DNA from: Macrostomum lignano
Lineage: Eukaryota
DNA length: 44,899 nt
Direction of reading: 5' to 3'
Assembly: GCA_002269645.1 (NCBI GenBank)
Contig: NIVC01004468.1
Location: 1 to 44,899, forward strand
A model generated the notes under the pieces. It did not search any database, had not been told where the DNA came from, and saw only the letters and a list, made by a program, of their open reading frames with translations. Shown piece after piece: positions 34,204 through 44,899 of the stretch; positions within the stretch are counted from its first letter, which is position 1; each line of letters begins with the position of its first letter. The position numbers were made by a program, and so were the translations under genes.

Positions 34204-34399
34204 TTTGAACTGTTCTAAAAAAGCACTATTAGGCTATCCTGTGCAGCAGATATTAACGCTAAATTATAGCATGTACTTTAACCTATTTATTTTAAAGCTG
34301 CAGATGAACTTTACTGCCGTATCGAAATCGAGTCGCATGCGTCACCGTGGTACTTGAGTGCATGCACATTTGGCACCTCAGTTTATACAACCAAATACT

Positions 34400-35007
34400 G
34401 GACACCCTTCCTCTGGACACAATCTCCTTGGACACCCTTCCTCTGGACACAATCTCCTTGGACACCCTTCCTCTGGACACAATCTCCTTGGACACCCTTC
34501 CTCTGGACACAATCTCCTTGGACACCCTTCCTCTGGACACAATCTCCTTGGACACCCTTCCTCTGGACACAATCTCCTTGGACACCCTTCCTCTGGACAC
34601 AATCTCCTTGGACACCCTTCCTCTGGACACAATCTCCTTGGACACCCTTCCTCTAGACACAATCTCCTTGGACACCCTTCCTCTGGACACAATCTCCTTG
34701 GACACCCTTCCTCTGGACACAATCTCCTTGGACACCCTTCCTCTAGACACAATCTCCTTGGACACCCTTCCTCTGGACACAATCTCCTTGGACACCCTTC
34801 CTCTGGACACAATCTCCTTGGACACCCTTCCTCTGGACACAATCTCCTTGGACACCCTTCCTCTGGACACAATCTCCTTGGACACCCTTCCTCTGGACAC
34901 AATCTCCTTGGACACCCTTCCTCTGGACACAATCTCCTTGGACACCCTTCCTCTGGACACAATCTCCTTGGACACCCTTCCTCTGGACACAATCTCCTTG
35001 GACACCC
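34400..35007. repeat. Near-perfect 30-bp minisatellite (GGACACCCTTCCTCTGGACACAATCTCCTT) x ~20
   Basis: Only two variant units (G>A at ~34655 and ~34745). The unit consists of two related 15-bp halves. Confidence 0.98.
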
Positions 35008-35844
35008 ATCTTCCCTTTTCCGCCTTCTTTTGATTCCTGTGGTGGAAGTAGCTGGCACGATGTACGAGTATACCGAATCGCGATTTGCTAATGACTCTTT
35101 CTTCATTGAAAATCTTGAATGCTTTTCCTAGACAGAAAGCATACAAGTAACAGCCAATTTCATATTATCAGTTGTCAATTAGTTTCAAGGGCAAGGGCAT
35201 GTATAATTATTGCTTATTAACAATCAGGAAAATGCAAAAACACTGCATGAGGTAATCGCTATAGTTGCCTTAGTAAAGTAGAGGTGAGATTCTGTCTGAG
35301 TTCACCCTTTCTCGTTCTGACGACTTTGAACAACTAACAGACTCCATACGGCGTGAATGCTTAGTGGAATCCGTTGGGTAGAAAAGAAAACTTTAGGCGA
35401 AATAGTGCGGTGCATATTTGAGGCTCAGTCCCAGTGAAACAAGCAGAGCCATTTCCAGGAAATTGAGTACGAGCGTACTGCAATACTGCTGAGTACTGGA
35501 TTTCTATTTCGCGATTTTTACAATGCCGTTGTATTCTAGTGCCACGCGCGTTGCAATACTAAATATTAAATATATCCGCGATATATGCTTCGTATATTCT
35601 AAATACAGTAACTTAAATGCCCTGCAGGTTTTAAAACATTCTTGCTACCGAAATCTTCCATGGCAAAAGCTAAAAATACAAAGCACAGGCAGTCAGACAG
35701 TTACAACCTTGCGTACTACCTTTGCTCCCTTTTATAAGATAGAATCAATAATACACCTATAAAGAACCACCGCGCCAGTTCAATTCGGATCCTTATAGAT
35801 ACTTACTGGCAGGTAGACTTTGCGGGACAAAACAATTCACAGTT

Positions 35845-36112
35845 GACAACACCTATTAGACAATTTACAGCCACACCCATTACGCAATTAACAGCCACAC
35901 CCATTAGGCAATTTACAGCCACATCCATTACGCAATTTACAGCCACACCCATTAGGCAATTTACAGCCACATCCATTACGCAATTTACAGCCACACCCAT
36001 TAGGCAATTTACAGCCACACCCATTCGGCAATTTACAGCCACACTCATTAGGCAATTTACAGCCACACCCATTCGGCAATTTACAGACAAACCTATTAGA
36101 CAGTTTACAGCC
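35845..36112. repeat. 24-bp minisatellite (CAATTTACAGCCACACCCATTAGG) x ~11
   Basis: Tandem units visible. The first and last units resemble each other more than the internal units. Confidence 0.95.
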
Positions 36113-37289
36113 AAGCTATCTCCTGTGTCTCAGGCATCTCTTCTACTGATCAATTTGAGAATACTCCTATCCATCCGAGTCTCTCCTGTGCCTCAGGTCT
36201 CTCTCATTTTCTCCAGTTTCTTCAAATCTCTCCCAGTCTCTCCCGATCTCTCTTAATCTCCCCCAAGCTCTCCGCAGTCTCCCTCGCTTTCTCTAATTTT
36301 CTTCCAGTCTTTCCCAGTGTCTCAAGCCTAGCCCTAGCGGCTCTTCTTTTCAGAATTTTTCGCTTTGTCATTTAAAAAAATTCCAGCGAAGAAGCAGTTA
36401 GTAAAATCGAAAAGTAAAAAAAGTTATAGATAGACCATAGACAAAGCTGCTCTGACTCCGGGAAAAAGACACTAATTAGATAGGAGAAAAACATTTTTCA
36501 CCTTTTTACGAGTCTACTTAAATCGTAGACGTTAATAAAATTAGCCATATAATCGCTGAAAAATTTCCAATCGAATGGTACAAAAATGATGCCAAAATTA
36601 GTAGGCATTCAAGCTGTAGGTGAAATTTTTTATAAGGTACAGTTTTAGTTAGATTTGTTGGGCTCTACTGTATACAAACTTTAAACTCTCGTTTCTGCAG
36701 CAGAAAATTTTTGGCAAGGACCACTGTAGTCTTTGATTTTTTGGTAGCTAGGCCTACTCACAAAAGCACTATAAAATTCGACATAAAAATGTTTCCACTA
36801 ATACAATAAGACTCAAGAGCTCAGCAAGTAACATGCATTAAAGTCAACCTCATATTTAACTTTTTTCGAAATTGCATCTTAATCAACTAAAAGGTGACAT
36901 ATATAACGGGGGTCTTTGTCTCAAATGCAGAGCATAAAATCAATCAACGCCACGTCACATGAGGTCTTTAAAAAATCTCAATTTCTACCAAAAATTTGCT
37001 GATAGACTATTGATAGAATATTGCGGAAACGGAGATGATACTCGTATATTAATATGCGATTGTTAAGCTATTGCAATAATATTCTGTTACTATCCATTCT
37101 CCTTGGATCTGAGAACTGCATTTCTAAACAATCGCGCAAAGGCCCTTCCAGATCCCCTTACGAGAACCCTCTATCAGGATAAGAGATTCGACATAAAAGT
37201 TGGCGATAAAGTTTGCAGTGTATCTTCAAATTTTCGTTGATCCCCATGCGACACGTATTGACGATTTTGAGCGACGAACAGGCTGTAAG

Positions 37290-38051
37290 TTAGAACACGG
37301 ACAGGCACTCGCAAATGTACTTCCGGTTGAAAGAGCATCCGGCATCATCGACGCCAATCTTGTGACTAGAGTGGACAGCAGCGCAGCCCTCACCAGGCAA
37401 TCCGTTATTCGGCCTCCCGGGCTCCCAGACGTCGGCCCGGATGCTCTCGTTGCAGGCGTCCCAGATCCAGCCTTCCGTCTTGCCCGCAGAGCCCAGAATC
37501 TGGTGGCCACCCAGGTACAAACTCTCCACAGGAATGTTCGACACGTTCTTGATCCACATCAGGTGACGGGACTCGTCCGAGTCCAGAGCGTCCGCGAACT
37601 TCGACAGTCCGGCCTCCTGTCCGCACCGGGAGAGAGCGTCAGCCCAATTGGTCACCAGTGAGGCCGACACCTTGTATGAGGATCCGAACTGAGAGTAGTC
37701 GTATCCGGGTGGGCACAGGCGACCCGGAGCTACTCCAGGTAGCGATCTCACGTACACGGTTACTCGGTGAGTGCAGTTGGCCACTGACTGCACTCGGTGG
37801 CTGCACTTGTCGAACAGGAACAGCTTGCAGAGGCAGTCGCCATCCGGCAGCGAGAAGGCCCGGCAGTTCGGCATCTTGGCGCAGTGCAGGCTGCAGGACT
37901 GCGGATCGCACGAGCCCCACACGGTGTGGGTGAAGCTGGACGTCACGCAGTCAGCGCCAGAGATCGGGTGGAAAGTCGCTTTCAGAGAGCCGCAAGTTGG
38001 TTCACTTTTTACCACGACACTCAGCGTCAGCAGTAGCAGCAATAGCAGCAT
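37290..38051 (-). CDS. Secreted PAN/apple-like + C-type lectin domain protein, single exon, 253 aa
   Basis: Signal MLLLLLLLTLSVVVKS. PAN-like C..CSLHCAKMPNCRAFS...C. CTLD CPPGY..NWADA..C..LYLGG..WIW..WEPGRPNN..EGCA..DDAGC..KYICE. Confidence 0.9.
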   Translation of the reverse strand: MLLLLLLLTLSVVVKSEPTCGSLKATFHPISGADCVTSSFTHTVWGSCDPQSCSLHCAKMPNCRAFSLPDGDCLCKLFLFDKCSHRVQSVANCTHRVTVYVRSLPGVAPGRLCPPGYDYSQFGSSYKVSASLVTNWADALSRCGQEAGLSKFADALDSDESRHLMWIKNVSNIPVESLYLGGHQILGSAGKTEGWIWDACNESIRADVWEPGRPNNGLPGEGCAAVHSSHKIGVDDAGCSFNRKYICECLSVF

Positions 38052-39949
38052 TTCAACTGGTTGTCTGGTGACAGGAAATTTAGTTTTCTGTCGTATTACT
38101 GAGTATGTACTCGCTATAGGTCTAATGCAATATGGAAAATATCAGGTTTGAGTCCGATCAGCAACTTACAATTCAGAGTAAATGATCCAATTAGAGCCAG
38201 CAGATTCAGACACTATCCAGTGGAAAAGTATTTGTGCTTTTGTCTTCTGTAGAAAAGTGGTGGAGGAATCTTTCAAATTTTTGCTTCTAGAGCAAGAGCT
38301 AGTAGATTTGGCATTTATTGAGTTCTGAGATGAGCCCTCTCTGCGCCAGAGGCAGCAGAGGCTCCTGCGTCGCATTTCAAACAGCATTAGTAGCGTGAAA
38401 CAGGATGGGAAGAGAAAAACCAATTAATAATTTGCATTACCGTTCCAAGCTGATTCGGAGCAACTTGTGTTACCCGCTCGCATCATATGGGCTTAGGGAG
38501 ATGCTCTCGGATCCCTTTTGTTACGATGGCAACGGCGGGCTGGGAGGCGATTGGGAAAAAGCGGAGCATGAGTTTACATCCATTATCCACGCAAACACCG
38601 GTGGCTCAGAAAATTGCAAATTTCTCACCGCTTTTCGGTGAGGTTGCTGCCAGCTCTTGGCATTGCCGTCTGTTTCACTTCTCTTTTCCCCATCTGAGAA
38701 GCAGAAGCCGCTCGCTCCCCTTTCTTGAAATTCTTGTTTTCCAACTTTATTCACTCTGCCTTCCATCCTCATCAATAGGCTTCTTTTAGAGCTAAATTTA
38801 TTGCGGCTGGAACCAGTTTGCTTGCTTAATGATTAATTCAGCAAAGTAAGCACCTGAATCGCTAGTTTTTACAAGCGAAGCGCGCTAGATTCCGTGTAAG
38901 CAGTGTAGAGGCATGTCCCAAATGCAGAGAGCGATTTTAAATTAGCTAGCTACCAAAAATCAACTCTATTTTCTAAAAGTGACCTACAAGCCGTCTATGA
39001 TACTATAATACAAATGCGAAAATAACGATTTGGCAACAATTGGGTAAAATGAACAGCACAGAGCTCATTAGCTGACTCCGCGTTAATTGAAGAAATAAGG
39101 CTTTGATCCTGAATAATGCGAGCCAATCATTTTTGCAGGAGGGCTGCGCGGGCACCCTGGCGAAACGCTTTCAGCGACAAAGTCTCAAGAGCGGCACTGA
39201 AGCAATTCCTCTGACTCCTGAGCTCATTAAAGCACGCACTCATACACACGCTCGCACAGGGTGGCACAGCGGGTGAACAGAACATTTCTTTGAATAGTGT
39301 GAACTGAAGCAATGCAGAGTCAAGTCGGGCCACACACATCAATTACCGAATTCATTCAAAACCCAAAAATTTCAACCAGCTCATGCGCTTACATTTGGCC
39401 CTGGCCTAGCTCCTCGTAGTATGGCTAGCAAGCCCCAGTAGCCAAGCATTATCGTACTGACTGCGAATTGTCTTTGTTCCAACCTGCAGCCTCTCCCCCG
39501 CGTCTCTGCTTGTCCTCTGCTTGTTATCGCCACTGGAACCCAGCTTAGATTCTTTAGGCCCGAGGCTCTCGAACTCCTAGTAAATACATGCCACACATTC
39601 AATCCAACGTCTCGTCGCAGGGATTAGCCCACGCATTTTAAATGGTTGTCTGGAGGCCGTCGATAGCGTGCAGAGTGAATGTACTATATTAATTTTAATT
39701 CTCGAATATTTTTACTTGTTTGTTTATAATAGGATGGTTGTGTCGCTGACCAAACAGAAAAAATGTAGCGGCAAAATCCTGGTTATTACACAGGGAAACA
39801 GCGAATTCCAGCGCGCTGTTTTAGGTGGTCAATATGAAATCAGTTCCATGTCATTTTGTGACTTACCTTTGCCCGTCGAATTTGATTCTGTGAGCTAGAA
39901 GGCGTGAGGGCACAAGGCAGGCCCAATCAAAGATTTGGTTGGATCAGGA

Positions 39950-40800
39950 TCCATGGAGGAGGTGCTACACAAGTGGGCGCAAGTTTTTAATCCGGTTTCG
40001 CATCATCTGATATTGTTTTCAATTGCCTCTTGCTAGGCCTGATACAGTTTCCAACATACGAGCGTAATACTGCATGCACCTTAACATGTTCTTCATATCT
40101 AGCACTCCACTATCTAGGCTTAGAATAATCTTAAGAGTATGGAATGCTAAGGAATTAAGTGACTCGTACAGGGGCATTGTCCAAGTACCTTTGCTGCTTG
40201 CATTCAAGAACGTTTATTTACTGCCGTAAGATCAGGGGTAAATTCCAAGCTGATACTGTGTGAGCACAAATTGTCCACCGAAGCAGGGACATGAGCATGC
40301 AATTGCCAAGAGCGTACTCGTACTTTCAATTTAATTCTGATTTCTCATATTCTAAAAATCGAGTGAACCCCTAGAGATGCCAGCTGTTGCAGGAAGAACG
40401 GTTTATTATAGTTTAAACTAAGTTCAGTCTGAAGTTTCAGATCTTTAGAAACCGCATGTAGTACATGCATGTATAGTGCGTGCCAGTAGGCTGAGTCAAG
40501 AGAGTGCTGTTCACCTTTAAGGTGAAATATACAGTTAAAATGCTTCCCAAAATTATATCCCACAAAAAGATCTCGATTTTTATTGAAGAATCTGTTCGAT
40601 TTTACTGAGGAGTGAGGACAGCCTAATCAGAGTTAATGAGATGGTGCCAACCATGGAGCATAAAATTGTCCTAGACTTTCCAGCCATAAAAATACTCGTA
40701 ATAGAGGATATAGATGTTGCAGAATCCTCGGGATAATATACTGCAGGCATGATTTCCAATGGCTTCAAAAAACCGGTCTATGACGCCCGGCCAGTGTCCC
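39950..40800 (-). mobile_element. Degenerate LINE RT remnant
   Basis: Broken minus-strand frames give GK..GTISLTLIRLSSLLSKIEQIL (like YRPISLLSxLSKIxExI) and LDSAYW (like DxxxAYD). Many stops. Confidence 0.4.
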
Positions 40801-41074
40801 TGGGTTTTAGGTAGGGCAAAGCAGAGAATTCAGAAACAGTTGTGGTACCACAAGTTTAACCTCAACTTTGATCTCCCATAATCTCAACTTGCTTTTTGAT
40901 GCCTATAGACATCGACAAAGAGGAAACAGCTGAGGGACATGACTGATCACACAGAATTAACAGGGAAGTAAATGTACTTTCGTACAAGGAAATATAGAGA
41001 TAGCAGGTGAGCACAAGGAGCGGATTGTAAAGGCCAAAAGATGAGAGAAGTACGAGCAACGTACGAAAGCTGCT

Positions 41075-41560
41075 GTGTCAACAAGGATGGCCTATCGCCA
41101 ATCGGACTTCTTCGAGAGAACTCTTCGGGTGTTCCAGGGAGATACGCCGGTTGCTGCTTGTTCTGGTGCTCGACTGAATTCCGGACAGGCTGATTGCTGT
41201 TGCTGCGAGCGTCGGCCTGGTGGTAAACACGCACAAGACCGTCGCACTGCGTGTCGGACAACATAGAGGCTGTACTATTGTGGTGAGGCGCTGACTGACA
41301 GGCGATGGAACTTCTGTGATGTCAACAGTTTGTCTACCTCGGTAGTCTGGTTCCCAACGTCTGCGAAGATCCGAGGCGTCCCATAGGCTGGCTTGCCTGG
41401 GCTGTTCTGCTAAGGTTGTCCTGCAGTCTGAAGCCCACCTAACCGCGGCGTTGTTCCGGAAGGTGGTCGAGACTGTCCTGCTGTACAATGTTGAGACTTT
41501 AACGCTGACAGACTCGCTGGAACAGAAAGTTGATGCCACGCACGCACGCCACCTTCAAGA
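41075..41560 (+). mobile_element. RTE-like LINE RT fragment (decayed)
   Basis: GVFQGDT (like GVxQGDxLxP), QFVYLGSLV, LAWA, and LFRKVVETVLLYNVETLTLTDSLEQKVDA (like VESVLLYGxETWTLT..LE..LD). Confidence 0.8.
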
Positions 41561-42177
41561 TCGGCGACGAGCCAGCACTCTGACGCTGCGATACCTGCCG
41601 TCTGAGCGACCTTCTGCGCCGAAAACACGTACTAACCACAGCCAGTGCAGCTGATGCGTCGACTGCCTGCCTGCTGGCTAACACCGGCGTCTGCTGCATT
41701 TGCATAACAGACCTAAGTTGCACCCTGACACGCTGATCTTGTTTTATAAGCCATAAACGACAGCGCATTTTGTTGCTTTGTTGCACAACAAAAACCAATC
41801 AATTATTTTTTGGTAAAATAAAACAGATTGCGCTCGTAGAAAACAAAAACGCGCACTTGCAAAAGTTTGAAAACAACTTGGTTGTTTATTAAAATTTTCC
41901 TCAATTGTGACGTATTTTTAGCCGCTCGTCTACGTATAGAACGGTAAGGAATTCCGGTTATGCAAGACTGCACCAACAATAACAGTAAAATTCACGTTAC
42001 AGATAAAAAATAATGTTTAACTACGGGCTTCCGAGTAACAAGGATTATACCGGTACATTATGTTTTAGCTTGAAAAAAAGTACAATACGAGTATTTAATT
42101 AATTATAAACATTTTAAAGCTTGAATAAAGTGCAGTTGAGTAAAGTGCAGGATTCACCCAGTTCGGATGCCATCAAT

Positions 42178-43360
42178 TCAGGCCTGCAGCATCGGAGCAT
42201 CATAGCTGGGCCGAGTGACCACGACATGGCTGGTCTGGTTCATCACCTGGAATGAGGAGAGTGGAGCAGCCCGTTGTCTGACTGGTTCAGCATGTGATTG
42301 AGCTGGGTCTGGCAGTGACTGAGCTGGGTCTGTTTAGACAGTGACTGAGTAGGATCTGGTCTGACAGTGACTGAGTAGGGTCTGGTCTGACAGTGACTGA
42401 GTAGGATCTGGTCTGACAGTGACTGAGTAGGGTCTGGTCTGACAGTGACTGAGTAGGATCTGGTCTGACAGTGACTGAGTAGGGTCTGGTCTGACAGTGA
42501 CTGAGTAGGGTCTGGTCTGACTGACTGAGTAGGATCTGGTCTGGCAGTTATTGAGTAGGGTCTGGTCTGGCAGTGACTGAGTATAGGGTCTGGTCTGACA
42601 GTGACTGAGTAGGGTCTGGTCTGGCAGTTATTGAGTAGGGCCTGGTCTGGCAGTGACTGAGTATAGGGTCTGGTCTGACAGTGACTGAGTAGGATCTGGT
42701 CTGACAGTGACTGAGTAGGATCTGGTCTGGCAGTGACTGAGTAGGGTCTGGTCTGGCAGTGACTGAGTATAGGGTCTGGTCTGGCAGTGACTGAGTATAG
42801 GGTCTGGTCTGACAGTGACTGAGTAGGGTCTGGTCTGACAGTGACTGAGTAGGGTCTGGCAATGACTGAATAGGGTCTGGCAATGACTGAATAGGGTCTG
42901 GCAATGACTGAATAGGGTCTGGCAATGATTGAGTAGGGTCTGGTCTGGCAATGACCTGAGTAATTGGGTCTGGAAGTGACTGAGTAGGGTTGGCAGTGAC
43001 TAAGCGGAGGGGTGAAGCACCCCAGAGGCGCACCGGTCGGTAGACGGTGCGGTTCTTCCTGCAAGGCGCGCAGCAGCAGCAGCAGCAGCAGGAGAGCAGG
43101 AACAGGGCCAGGAGACCTCCGGCGGCGATGCACACGTAGAACAGCGCCTTCCAGACCCGACGGCAGCCGGTGTCGATGCCCTGCGTTGACACGCCGGCTT
43201 TGCACATCTCGTAATAAAACGGGTTGCCATCGTCTTTCTTAACCTCGATGCTGGCGCCGCTCTTGCCCATATTGAAGTTGATGCCGCTGCCATCGCTGGC
43301 GACACCGCTGGCCAGCAGGGCCAGGACAGCCAGAGCGCAGATATTGAGGCGGCAGAGCAT
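42178..43360 (-). CDS. Small poly-Cys type I membrane protein B (131 aa), paralog of A
   Basis: Exon 1 is 43360-43034 (327 nt, same as A), the intron 43033-42247 (gtgcgc...ttccag) and exon 2 42246-42178 (VMNQTSHVVVTRPSYDAPMLQA*). Shared core: DxGNPFYY..C..S...I.TGC.R.WK.LFYVC...GG...LFL..CCCCCCC. Confidence 0.8.
42300..43002. repeat. 26-bp minisatellite (CAGTGACTGAGTAGGGTCTGGTCTGA; 21- and 28-bp variants) filling the intron of gene B
   Basis: About 26-27 tandem units occupy about 700 of 787 intron bases. Confidence 0.95.
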
Positions 43361-43611
43361 GGCGTTTCAGACTGCCAGATGCGGGAGCGGTTATGCAAAT
43401 ATTTTTAGAATTTCAAATCGATTTTGGGCCAAACACTTAGCAACATAAATAGAACTTGGTACTAGGGCTGTGCACACACATCCCTCCCTCTCTTGCCATT
43501 TGCCACTTTTATTAGCGAGCACAATTATTTTAACTCATTGATGCTATTTGGCTATTATGGTCTTGCTTTGCCACCAACCAGCGACAGACGAAATTATGCA
43601 GACTGTTATTA

Positions 43612-43832
43612 GGGGGGCCGTAGGCCCGTAGCCCAGTGGTCCAGCGCGGCGTCTGATGTGCCAGCGGCCCAGGCTCGATTTCAAGTGCAGTGTCACATTA
43701 ATTTGGGGATAAATTGGAATCTCAGCTGGATGCAATTAACGCCCCTGACTGACCCCAAGGCACAGGGTAGCGTACGGATCTGCCTCTTAAAGTGTGCCAG
43801 GGTGCGCACAGCACCGGCCTCTAAATAATGAC
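43612..43832 (+). mobile_element. tRNA-derived SINE-like insertion (221 bp) with 11-bp TSD
   Basis: Direct repeats GACTGTTATTA at 43601-43611 and 43833-43843. A-box-like TAGCCCAGTGG and degenerate B-box GGCTCGATTTC. Confidence 0.75.
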
Positions 43833-44899
43833 GACTGTTATTAATGATAACGAGCAGGCTATACAGTTAAATAATGAATAAATCAGTCAATGAGTTAATG
43901 ATTTAATTCTAAACACAAACAAGTAAAAATGGACTATTTTATCAGGACTTACGGTGCTACAAAAGCAGGACAATTTGGTTGAACTTTTAACAGACGGTGC
44001 TGCGGCGCTAAGGGCGGTCCAAGTAATCCTTCCTTTCTTGCGACTGCGAGCTATTAATCTGCCTGCTGTTGCAACTCAATGCATTGTTGGGGGGGGGGCG
44101 GGTAAAGTGGAGCGCGGCCTTGGCCAGACCCCTTCAAAGGGAAGGGTTAGAAAACGACGGGCGGGGAGTGTACATTGGCTAATGTACATTCTATTCCGCC
44201 TCTAGAGCCCAGACTTTGTCATAAAATTTCCTGGAAATCGTTAATGCATATCAGATACGCTCGTGTCTCTAGCATAGAAGACAGACACCCCTTTGCAATC
44301 CTTCCATAACGTCTCACTATCGACCAAAACCGAGACTGCAGAGTCTGCGTTCGTTCGTACCATTGTCAATTTTCATTCCTTTTTCTACGAGTGTGCCTAC
44401 ATTCCTACATTTCTAACTGCCAATAGTGAGTGGCTCTAGGCCAGTGTCTGAGTCTACCGTCGCGTACAGTGTACAAATACATTTTTGATGCCTGCCTTCC
44501 AAACAAACAATACGAAAAAAGAATGTCTCTCTTTCGTGTTTTTGCTCTTCACCTCAAAAAATAGCTCGTAACTCGCTAAAAAACAAAAAACAGTGCCGAA
44601 CTAAATGCGAGACTAAATGCGAAATGGCAGACACTGAGCAGCGATGGCTGGCTGTATGCCTAGATCTTAGTTAATTTGAATGGCACACTCACTACTACTA
44701 CTAAATAGTATCTAACGCGAAGCAATCATTGCATTGAATACAGATTGCATTTGAAAAATTAGAGAAATAAAATTAAACACAACAACGCGAATTTTATGAA
44801 TATATGCCTAATTACTTTCATGTAGACTTTAATCGCTCTTAAAAATAATAAATTTAGGTGAGCCATTACTATACGCAGAATCGAAGTCTGCTGCCTATT

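Noticed and set aside
34400-35007. CRISPR-like appearance of regular repeats (also 29810-30575, 42300-43002)
   Set aside because: Units are directly adjacent with no unique spacers, there are no cas genes, and the context is eukaryotic.
34292-35146. Long repetitive ORFs in all frames (also 28497-29045, 35803-36256, 42243-43205)
   Set aside because: They are by-products of stop-free minisatellite units, with no independent gene signals.

Overview
Animal genomic DNA with spliceosomal GT-AG introns, many minisatellites and decayed transposons. The style suggests a flatworm such as Macrostomum, but that is inference only. The left two-thirds is an old tandem duplication of a convergent unit [type II pantothenate-kinase-like gene (+) / class C (mGluR-like) GPCR (-)]. 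It comprises an intact divergent PanK-like gene (1434-4330), GPCR-1, a decayed PanK pseudogene absent from the ORF track (11353-14196, split by a LINE insertion with an 8-bp TSD) and GPCR-2, followed by an inverted third copy, GPCR-3 (+). The PanK copies and spacers are heavily diverged. The GPCRs are about 97-99% identical across the distal Venus-flytrap region, cysteine-rich domain and 7TM region, and share the same intron minisatellite. They differ sharply in ligand-binding segments, which points to concerted evolution with protected variable patches. The right third is a cluster of surface or secreted proteins: an LRR single-pass receptor, a PAN+C-type lectin, and two paralogous small poly-Cys membrane proteins with PY-type tails that I cannot assign to a named family. 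Mobile elements include a Harbinger derivative, a P-element/THAP relic, several LINE fragments and two tRNA-derived SINEs. All alignments were done by eye and no searches were run.
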